Below are positions 34,692 to 41,854 of a stretch of 64,000 bases of DNA, piece after piece (the first letter of the stretch is position 1; the number at the start of each line of letters is the position of its first letter). Under the pieces are notes generated by a model, which had not been told where the DNA came from, did no database searches, and worked only from the letters and a program-made list of their open reading frames with translations. The stretch is from an uncultured Oscillospiraceae bacterium (lineage in GTDB: Bacteria > Bacillota > Clostridia > Oscillospirales > QAMX01): assembly GCA_964515055.1 (NCBI GenBank), contig CAZEUG010000007.1, positions 2,642 to 66,641 on the forward strand, given 5' to 3'. Both the position numbers and the translations under genes were made by a program.

Positions 34692-35483
34692 TCAGACGTC
34701 TTCCGGATGCAAACCCTTCAGCCGCGCCTCTGTATACCGCATGGATACGATCATACTCCGGAGCATATCCTCCGTCACATCATATCCGTCACCGCTTCCC
34801 TTCTGTGCGCCACAGTCCACAAGCTGCTTCACTTCGGCTCGCAGTGGCTCCGGTATTTCATCCAGCGTCTGATAACGCACAGCCGGGCATCCGCAATCGG
34901 ACAGGGCGAAATCCAGATCGACGGCAGTGCGAATGCCATCGATCATGCCGCGCTGCGAATATTGCCAGATATCAGCTGTACGCGATGGATACGAGATGCC
35001 CCATTCGGCCAACCAGAGGCGGCAATTTGGAGCGAATGCATCCCAATCGAGATACCGGCGCAGAAAATCAGGATTGCTATACACCATTGGTGTCTGTACG
35101 CCATCAGCAACTGTCGAACAGAATGCCTGCGTGAGTTCTGTGACCAATGCGCTTGTGACCCGGATTCCCTGCGCTTCAGCGTATTGCACCGAGCTTTCTT
35201 CAAAATCAAAGGCCAACGGGTACGCCAGCGGGCGGACGGACGAGGCTTCCAGAATGCGCTCAGCCTCGTCGCGTGCGTCGGATGCACTGGTCGCATAAGA
35301 AAACCAGTAGAGGCCAATTTGTATGCCGTTGTCATAGGCCTGCCGAATGTGATCACGATACCACGCATCATACATTCGTCCCGCTCCAGCACGAATCATC
35401 ACGAATTGAATGCCTGTTGCGGCCACCTTTGTCCAGTCAATTTCACCCTGAACGGCGGCCACGTTGATTCCCGGAATCCACAT
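34692..35483 (-). CDS. GH25 muramidase (lysozyme) without a signal peptide
   Basis: 263 aa. Starts directly in the catalytic domain (GINVAAVQGEIDWTKVAATGIQFVMIRAG). Also contains YWFSYA and AVDLDF. A ~60-aa C-terminal module (RYQTLDEIPEPLRAEVKQLVDCGAQKGSGDGYDVTEDMLRSMIV) follows. Confidence 0.85.
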   Translation of the reverse strand: MWIPGINVAAVQGEIDWTKVAATGIQFVMIRAGAGRMYDAWYRDHIRQAYDNGIQIGLYWFSYATSASDARDEAERILEASSVRPLAYPLAFDFEESSVQYAEAQGIRVTSALVTELTQAFCSTVADGVQTPMVYSNPDFLRRYLDWDAFAPNCRLWLAEWGISYPSRTADIWQYSQRGMIDGIRTAVDLDFALSDCGCPAVRYQTLDEIPEPLRAEVKQLVDCGAQKGSGDGYDVTEDMLRSMIVSMRYTEARLKGLHPEDV

Positions 35484-35562
35484 GAAACCACTCCCCTTTC
35501 CCTTTTCTTATCCTATGCTTCAAACGGAAAGGGTTGAATGCAGAAAGCCTTCTGCAGAGGCT

Positions 35563-35602
35563 AAAAAATCAGGCTTGGCAGTCGAAACTGTCAAGCCTGA
35601 TT
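35563..35602 (-). terminator. intrinsic terminator ending the rhamnose operon
   Basis: 11-bp stem aatcaggcttg / caagcctgatt begins 1 nt after the stop of the 4-TM gene. It is followed on the reverse strand by a T run. Confidence 0.75.
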
Positions 35603-36127
35603 TCATCGGTAAATGCTTTTGATTTCCGTTTTCTCCTGATCTGTGACCAGGCGGACAATGTCATGGCAGAACAAATCGTACCGTTTGCAAAAATAGAAGC
35701 AGTTCAGGACGGAAAAAACAGCGGCAATTGGCGTCAAAACTGCCATCAATTGCAAGAATGAATGCGGTATGGAACAACGCAGAATGGTTGATACGAACCA
35801 GATCAGAGGATATTGAAGTGTTTGCAGCGCCAGGTGAATCATAGTGACGGCGAACGCAGCGCGATTCAGCATGGGAAGCAGAGCCGCGTTGACAACAGTT
35901 GAGACAATTAAAAGAACAGCAAAAATTGCAAATACGCTTTCAAATGTCACGGGTTCACCAGCCAACGGTGCAAATACAGCCTGCCATGTGTTCGGATCCG
36001 TCAGCTGATTCAGCATGATCGCCAGATAGACAATGAAAAAGCCGATCAGATAAGCGAACTGATAAATCCGCAACCAGATGGAGCTCAGGCGATAAACATT
36101 CAGTTTTTCCAGATTATTCGAATTCAT
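35603..36127 (-). CDS. hypothetical 4-TM membrane protein, last cistron of the rhamnose operon
   Basis: 174 aa with RBS AGGTGG. It lies 42 nt downstream of the ASRT-like gene with no intervening hairpin. Four hydrophobic segments at aa ~17-39, 65-87, 90-116 and 124-146. Confidence 0.6.
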   Translation of the reverse strand: MNSNNLEKLNVYRLSSIWLRIYQFAYLIGFFIVYLAIMLNQLTDPNTWQAVFAPLAGEPVTFESVFAIFAVLLIVSTVVNAALLPMLNRAAFAVTMIHLALQTLQYPLIWFVSTILRCSIPHSFLQLMAVLTPIAAVFSVLNCFYFCKRYDLFCHDIVRLVTDQEKTEIKSIYR

Positions 36128-36169
36128 GATCGACCACCTGTGTTTTTTTGCAGTGCTTTCTCAAAACAA

Positions 36170-36568
36170 TTATTCGACAGGATATGCAATGGTTGTCATC
36201 AGGCCGAGTTCCGGCTGAGAAGTCATCAGTCGGCTGTACTGAACAACGACAGGAACATTGCTTTCCACCAGAATTGCATAAGGAACATCCTGCGGAACGG
36301 TTGCGCCCGATGCTGTTTTCAGCTGATCCATACGGATATGATGCGTATGTCTGGCGGCGCAGGAGGCGCAGAATCCGTCCATTGCGTCACGGTCTTCAAA
36401 GAAAAGCGTCATATGGATTTCCGCGTCCTGATCGGAGGTGTTCAGCACGCAGACCGATTCATGACTGACGAAATATCCGTTGGAATGAGAATCCCAGTAA
36501 CCGTCACCGATTAACCATGTTGTTTTGCCGTATGTCATGTCAAAAAAACCTTCTTTCTGCAAATTCAT
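36170..36568 (-). CDS. ASRT-family protein (Anabaena sensory rhodopsin transducer fold)
   Basis: GKTTWLIGDGY, SHESVCVLNTSDQDAEIHMTLFFED, ARHTHHIRMDQL, VESNVPVVVQYSRL and TIAYP align block for block with the Anabaena ASRT sequence as I remember it. The first ATG overlaps the rhaA stop (TGATG). An alternative start MTYGK lies at 36538. Confidence 0.75.
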   Translation of the reverse strand: MNLQKEGFFDMTYGKTTWLIGDGYWDSHSNGYFVSHESVCVLNTSDQDAEIHMTLFFEDRDAMDGFCASCAARHTHHIRMDQLKTASGATVPQDVPYAILVESNVPVVVQYSRLMTSQPELGLMTTIAYPVE

Positions 36569-37818
36569 CAGTTACGCTTCGACGTAACTTCTGCTTCATA
36601 ACGTTTTGTTTCATCCAGCCATGCGCGACCGACGGATTTGCCGGTCTTTTCACACAGGTAATCCCAGACAATTCCCCACGGCAGGCTCTTCAGTTCTTCA
36701 GTTAGCGCCAGAACCGAGGTATGGTCTTCGTGCTGCTCTGCGGTTTTCAGCAACTGCACCGGTTCCAGGTAAGCGCGCAGAAGCGCTTTGCGTGCGTTTC
36801 TGGCACCGATTGTCCAGGCTGCAATTCGATTGATGGAGGCATCAAAATAATCCAGCCCGATATGGACACGGTTTTCAATGCCGTTGCGGACAATTTCGTG
36901 CATGATGGCCATCAGTTCATCGTCCATGATGACGACATGGTCACTGTCCCAGCGAACCGGACGCGAGACGTGCAGCATCAGTTCGGGCAGGAAGAGCAGC
37001 ATTGCAGAAATCTTGTTGGAAACCAGCTCGGTGGGATGGAAATGGCCGGTATCGAGTGTTGCCATCATTTGGCGGGTTGCGCAGTATCCGGTATAAAATT
37101 CGTGGCTGCCGACGACGTAGCTTTCACTGCCGATGCCAAACAGTTTGCTTTCCAGCGTATCACGGTTCCATTCCGGATTGATTTCGAGCGAGAAGATATC
37201 ATCAAGCGATTCCATCAAACGTTGTCTGGGCGCTACACAATCGACAGGAACTTCCTTGCAGCCGTCGTGAATCCACAAATTTGTGATGCAGGTCTTTCCG
37301 GTCTGCTTGCCAAAGGCTTCGCCGATGCGGCGGCATTGCTTGGCGTGCTGCACCCAGAATGCGCGGATGGACGGATCAGCGCTGGACAGCGAGAAGTTGC
37401 CGGAAAGCGGATGCGAAAAGAACGTCTCGTTGAAGTCCAGACCGATCTTCTGTGCATTCGCCCAATCGATCCAACGGGTAAAATGCTCGGGGCCGATCTG
37501 GTCACGCGGAACGGCGCAATCTGTATCCAGATAGGTTGCGTGAAGCGATACTTTGGTTTCGCCAGGCATGAAGGACAGAACCTTTTCGATATCCTGACGC
37601 AGCTCCTGAGCAGTTCTGGCCTTTCCGGGATAGTTGCCGGTGGCCTGAATGCCGCCGGTCAAAGCACCGGTTGGATTTTCAAAGCCCGAGACATCGTCTC
37701 CCTGCCAGCAGTGGAGCGAAATGGGGATCGAAAGCGCCTTTTCGATGGCAGCATCCGTATCGACACCGTATGCTGCATATTGTTCCTTTGCAAGGGAATA
37801 GGATTGCATAAGATCCAT
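36568..37818 (-). CDS. rhaA: L-rhamnose isomerase
   Basis: 416 aa with ISLHCWQGDDVSGFE and TGHFHPTE, characteristic RhaA motifs. Confidence 0.9.
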   Translation of the reverse strand: MDLMQSYSLAKEQYAAYGVDTDAAIEKALSIPISLHCWQGDDVSGFENPTGALTGGIQATGNYPGKARTAQELRQDIEKVLSFMPGETKVSLHATYLDTDCAVPRDQIGPEHFTRWIDWANAQKIGLDFNETFFSHPLSGNFSLSSADPSIRAFWVQHAKQCRRIGEAFGKQTGKTCITNLWIHDGCKEVPVDCVAPRQRLMESLDDIFSLEINPEWNRDTLESKLFGIGSESYVVGSHEFYTGYCATRQMMATLDTGHFHPTELVSNKISAMLLFLPELMLHVSRPVRWDSDHVVIMDDELMAIMHEIVRNGIENRVHIGLDYFDASINRIAAWTIGARNARKALLRAYLEPVQLLKTAEQHEDHTSVLALTEELKSLPWGIVWDYLCEKTGKSVGRAWLDETKRYEAEVTSKRN

Positions 37819-37837
37819 GAGTAGAACCTCCAGTCAA

Positions 37838-39310
37838 TTATTGAATATAGTTGAGGAAACGTGCATAGGCATCGTCCCATTCAGAGCGATTTGAAACCGT
37901 GTAGTCCTGAATGTCGAAGGAATCGGCGACGAGAGAACGAGCCTGCCAGACATCGGATACTTCACCGGTTGCGATGAGCTGTGCGCAGATATTGCCGATG
38001 GCTGTGGCCTCGACCGGCCCTGCCATGACGCGACGACCGGTAGCGCGGGCGGTATAATCCATCAGCAAACGGTCTTTACAGCCGCCGCCGACAATCCGGA
38101 TGACCGGAAGTGAATAGCCCAGCATGGATTCGAGCTGCTCAACGGCATAACGATACTTCATGGCCAGACTTTCCAAAATACAGCGGAAGATTTCACCGCG
38201 GGTTTCCGGTACAGTTTGTCCGGTTGCACGGCAGAACGATTGAATTTTTTCGATCATATGTCCTTTTTCAAAGAAGCAGTCGTTGTCGGGATCAATAAAA
38301 CGGACAAGACTCGGCGCTGCGGCAATTTCAGCATCCAGCTCGGCGTATGGAATGGCGCCGTGCATCTTTTCCAATTCGCGCTTGACTTCCTGATAAATCC
38401 AGAGCCCCATGATGTTTTTCAGAAAACGAATGGTGCCGCCGAAGCCGCCCTCGTTTGTATATTCAATCGCATAGGCTGAATCATCCGTTCTGGGTGCATC
38501 CAGTTCAACGCCGAGCAGGCTCCACGTTCCGCAGGAAATGTAGGCGCAGCGTTCATTCTTCTCCATCGGAATGGCGAGAACGGCACTGCCGGTATCATGG
38601 CCGCAAACGGAAGCGACCGGAACCTTCATGCCGGTTTCGCTTTGGATGGCATCGGTGGTGGTTCCAAGCATCTGTCCGGGGCGGATGACCGGAAGGAAAA
38701 TATCGGTTGGCAGGTTCAAACGGTGCAGCAGCTCGATATCCCATGTCTGCGTCCGAACATCCAACAGCTGTGTCGTGGAGGCCATGGAATATTCGGCAGA
38801 TTTGACGCCTGTCAGCATGAAGTTCAACAGATCGGGCATCAGGAGCAGACTCTTTGCGGAATGCAGCAGTTCGGGATACCGATGCTGAATGGCGTACAGC
38901 TGGAAGATGGTGTTGAATTTCATAAACTGAATGCCGGTTCTTTCGTACAATTCCCTCTTGGGAATCACAGAGTAAACGGCCTCCATGGCACCGTCTGTCA
39001 AGCTGTCACGGTAATAGAACGGGTTGCCAAGCGGCTTGTCATAGGCATCGAGCAATGCAAAATCGACGCCCCAGGTATCGACGCCCATCGAGGCAATCTC
39101 AGTGATTCCATCACGGCGCAGCTGAATCAGGCCGTTTTTCATTTCAGAAAAAAGGCGCAGAAGATCCCAATAATAGTGGCCGAAAGCGAGAACCGGTTCA
39201 TTGACAAAACGGTGAATTTCGCGGATGGAGAGCTTTTGCCCATTGAAATCAGCGAGGATACCACGACCGCTGGAGGCCCCGAAGTCAAAAGTCAGGAAAT
39301 GTTGATTCAT
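37838..39310 (-). CDS. rhaB: rhamnulokinase (FGGY kinase)
   Basis: 490 aa with FDFGASSGRGI and GVDTWGVDF, and an FGGY C-terminal domain containing IVGGG. Confidence 0.88.
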   Translation of the reverse strand: MNQHFLTFDFGASSGRGILADFNGQKLSIREIHRFVNEPVLAFGHYYWDLLRLFSEMKNGLIQLRRDGITEIASMGVDTWGVDFALLDAYDKPLGNPFYYRDSLTDGAMEAVYSVIPKRELYERTGIQFMKFNTIFQLYAIQHRYPELLHSAKSLLLMPDLLNFMLTGVKSAEYSMASTTQLLDVRTQTWDIELLHRLNLPTDIFLPVIRPGQMLGTTTDAIQSETGMKVPVASVCGHDTGSAVLAIPMEKNERCAYISCGTWSLLGVELDAPRTDDSAYAIEYTNEGGFGGTIRFLKNIMGLWIYQEVKRELEKMHGAIPYAELDAEIAAAPSLVRFIDPDNDCFFEKGHMIEKIQSFCRATGQTVPETRGEIFRCILESLAMKYRYAVEQLESMLGYSLPVIRIVGGGCKDRLLMDYTARATGRRVMAGPVEATAIGNICAQLIATGEVSDVWQARSLVADSFDIQDYTVSNRSEWDDAYARFLNYIQ

Positions 39311-39352
39311 ATTGTTTTTGATTGCCGCCTTTCATAAAATCATTGGAGCCGA

Positions 39353-40498
39353 TCAAACGGCTGTATTTCCGGAAGAAAACACCTGCTGACGGTAACGCTC
39401 GACTTCCCAATTGCGAATAAATTCGGTGAGGTCGTTCGACATCATCTGGACACCGCCGAAATTGCGGGCATAAACGTTGATTTTCAGGGCATCCAGGAAA
39501 AGCGCCCGATAGGTTTCTGCATCGCGCTGCGTGTCAGCGCAGGCGAAAGCGCCAACCCCGCGAATGATGATGATTTTTGGCAGATATCCGGCATTGTCGT
39601 GGAACGCGCAGATGGCATCTTCAAGCAGCTGTTGCTGTTCAGAATGATCGGAAGAATGATTCACACAGCAGAATGCGTGACCGAGATAGACGATGTGATC
39701 TGGCGTGAGCGAACAGGATTCGACGGTTTGCCAGGCTTCCGATTGGCTCCGCAATGTAACGTTGGTAAAGAAACAGGTCGAACGATCAGCCCCGACAACG
39801 GCTCGAACCATGGATTCCAGCTCCGAAACCTGTTCGGAGGCGTCGGAATCCTCCGCGAGCTGAGGCATTTGCGTGACACCATAACGGATTTGTTCACAGG
39901 TGTGCTCAATGAGAGCAATCATGTCGGCCTTTGTTTCGGCAGCAAAGAAGACGCCGTGATTCTGCAGGAGCAGCACAGATGGGAAAGTGCCGCGGCGCTG
40001 ATCAACATGATTCAGCTTTTTCCTGGCAGCAATGGCCAGCGTATAGCCGGGCTTGGTTGCGTCCAGCCAGACACCTTCCTCCCCCAAATAACAGAAAGCA
40101 GCACCCTCACCATCGCGGGCACAGGTGAGCCCGTTCAGCATGGACGGATGCAAATGGACAACGAACTTTTGCGGAAAGAGCGCGTGCAGCAAAGCTTCCA
40201 CGCTGGGACGGCCGTTTTCTCCCGGCATTCGTGCCGCCAGCATATCGGCAAGAACCTCTGCCTCGGCGGTCTGCTCGTCTGAGGGATACTCTTTCTCCAT
40301 AATAGCGAAAAGTCTGGAAAGGTTCAGCGCGACAAATCCATCCGACTGGATATCAGCCAGCCGCTGTCCGCTGGCCTTCACATACATGGTGTCGTGATCT
40401 TTGACGGACGTGTTTCCGCCGCCGGCGAGGACAAAGTCCGGATTTTGTCCATATTGATGCGAGAGCTCAATGATCTCTGCCAAATCAGTGCGATTCAT
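39353..40498 (-). CDS. class II aldolase-like protein resembling the RhaE (aldolase) half of bifunctional RhaEW/YuxG; probable rhamnulose-1-phosphate aldolase
   Basis: 381 aa with FVLAGGGNTSVK and PSVEALLHALFP..HLHP. There is no short-chain dehydrogenase domain attached or adjacent. Confidence 0.7.
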   Translation of the reverse strand: MNRTDLAEIIELSHQYGQNPDFVLAGGGNTSVKDHDTMYVKASGQRLADIQSDGFVALNLSRLFAIMEKEYPSDEQTAEAEVLADMLAARMPGENGRPSVEALLHALFPQKFVVHLHPSMLNGLTCARDGEGAAFCYLGEEGVWLDATKPGYTLAIAARKKLNHVDQRRGTFPSVLLLQNHGVFFAAETKADMIALIEHTCEQIRYGVTQMPQLAEDSDASEQVSELESMVRAVVGADRSTCFFTNVTLRSQSEAWQTVESCSLTPDHIVYLGHAFCCVNHSSDHSEQQQLLEDAICAFHDNAGYLPKIIIIRGVGAFACADTQRDAETYRALFLDALKINVYARNFGGVQMMSNDLTEFIRNWEVERYRQQVFSSGNTAV

Positions 40499-40594
40499 TT
40501 TTGCACCACCTTTTGAAGGATAAAGTCAGCTGAATTCAGCCAACAATCTGCAAAGGAAAAGAGGAATGGAAACAGGAATTGTTTCCCTCATACA

Positions 40595-40623
40595 ATTATA
40601 GCGAATTTGCCCCTTTTTGGCAA
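40595..40623 (-). promoter_or_regulatory. putative sigma-A-type promoter of the rhamnose operon
   Basis: The reverse strand reads TTGCCA (40623-40618), a 17-nt spacer and TATAAT (40600-40595). This implies a ~95-nt leader. Confidence 0.55.
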
Positions 40624-40668
40624 GCACTTTTTTATCCTTTTCCGTACTATTTTTTTCAGTGAAGGTAC

Positions 40669-40697
40669 TTGCGTCCGGGAATGGAACATGGTATAAT
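40669..40697 (+). promoter_or_regulatory. putative sigma-A-type promoter for the ROK kinase / GH38 operon
   Basis: TTGCGT (40669-40674), 17-nt spacer, TATAAT (40692-40697) preceded by TGG. Confidence 0.5.
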
Positions 40698-40818
40698 TGC
40701 AGGAGATTCCTGCTGCGGACTTCTGTTTCGGCGAACCTGCGCATTCGGGAGGAACGCAGCTCAATCATCAGTCGAAACAAACAGGCAGTTTCACATAAAA
40801 AGAGAGGATGATTTCTCT

Positions 40819-41793
40819 ATGGGCGATCAAGCGTATACATATTATGCCGGTCTGGACATCGGCGGGACAAAGTGTGCGGTATTGCTCGGCAGAGTTTGCC
40901 AGTCTGACGGAACGATCGAGGTCGTGGCTCGTCACGCGATACCGACCAATACGCAAAATGGGCCTTATGCGGCTTTGGAGAGCTTTGATCCATATCTGTC
41001 CCCCATGTTCGCGGAGCATGAAATTGCATCCATCGGTATCAGCTGCGGCGGTCCGCTGAGCTCGGCACAGGGTTTGATTCTTTCGCCGCCCAATTTGCCG
41101 GGGTGGGATCGCGTGCCCATCGTTTCCTATCTGCAGGACAAATACGGTGTCCCTGCGAAGCTGCAGAATGATGCCAACGCATGTGCGGTTGCAGAATGGA
41201 AATTTGGTGCAGGGCGCGGCACACAAAGCATGATTTTCTGCACCATGGGAACCGGCTTTGGTGCAGGTCTGATTCTGGACGGCAAGCTGTATGCCGGTAT
41301 TGATGATCTGGCCGGTGAGGTTGGACATATCCGTTTATCGGATCAGGGGCCGGTTGGATTTACCAAACGCGGTTCCGTCGAAGGGTTCTGCAGCGGCGGT
41401 GGCATTGCACAATTGGGTCGCACGGCTGCGCTGGAAGCGCTGCAGGGCGGAAAAACGGTCGGTTTCTGCTCGTCCTATCAGGAGCTGGATTCCATAACGG
41501 CCAAATCAATCGCTGTGGCTGCCGAAGCCGGAGATGCCTGTGCGATTGCTGTTTATCGGGAATGTGGCCACTATCTCGGCAGAATTGCATCCATCCTGAT
41601 TGACCTGCTGAACCCGGAGAAGATTGTCATCGGTTCGATTTTCGCCCGGAGTGAGCATTTGATTCGCGAATCCATGCAGCAGGTCATTGACCGGGAGTGT
41701 CTGTCTGCGGCGGCTGCCACCTGTTCCGTTGTACCGGCAGCGCTCGGCGAAGCCATCGGCGATATCGCGGCACTGTCTGTTGCATCTCTGTAA
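40819..41793 (+). CDS. ROK-family sugar kinase
   Basis: ORF 40669..41793; start taken at MGDQAYTYYAGLDIGGTKCAVLLG behind AGAGAGGA. Contains the ROK motif GAGLILDGKLYAGIDDLAGEVGH. Confidence 0.85.
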   Translation: MGDQAYTYYAGLDIGGTKCAVLLGRVCQSDGTIEVVARHAIPTNTQNGPYAALESFDPYLSPMFAEHEIASIGISCGGPLSSAQGLILSPPNLPGWDRVPIVSYLQDKYGVPAKLQNDANACAVAEWKFGAGRGTQSMIFCTMGTGFGAGLILDGKLYAGIDDLAGEVGHIRLSDQGPVGFTKRGSVEGFCSGGGIAQLGRTAALEALQGGKTVGFCSSYQELDSITAKSIAVAAEAGDACAIAVYRECGHYLGRIASILIDLLNPEKIVIGSIFARSEHLIRESMQQVIDRECLSAAAATCSVVPAALGEAIGDIAALSVASL

Positions 41794-41854
41794 TCAGCGA
41801 GATCACGTCTCTCTGAAAAAATAGGAATGATACCATACCAAGGAGGAAATGACC

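Noticed and set aside
34692-36127. Holin-endolysin cassette (a 4-TM protein gene followed by a signal-less GH25 lysozyme on the same strand).
   Set aside because: A strong intrinsic terminator (35563-35602) separates them. The 4-TM gene is instead tightly linked (42 nt, no hairpin) to the rhamnose operon. No other phage genes are present.
40529-40540. Perfect 12-bp palindrome GCTGAATTCAGC in the rhamnose operon leader, 31-42 nt upstream of the first ATG; a possible operator.
   Set aside because: About 16 perfect 12-bp palindromes are expected by chance in 64 kb (64,000/4^6). No regulator gene is nearby to link it to. Worth remembering only if it turns out to be conserved upstream of orthologous operons.
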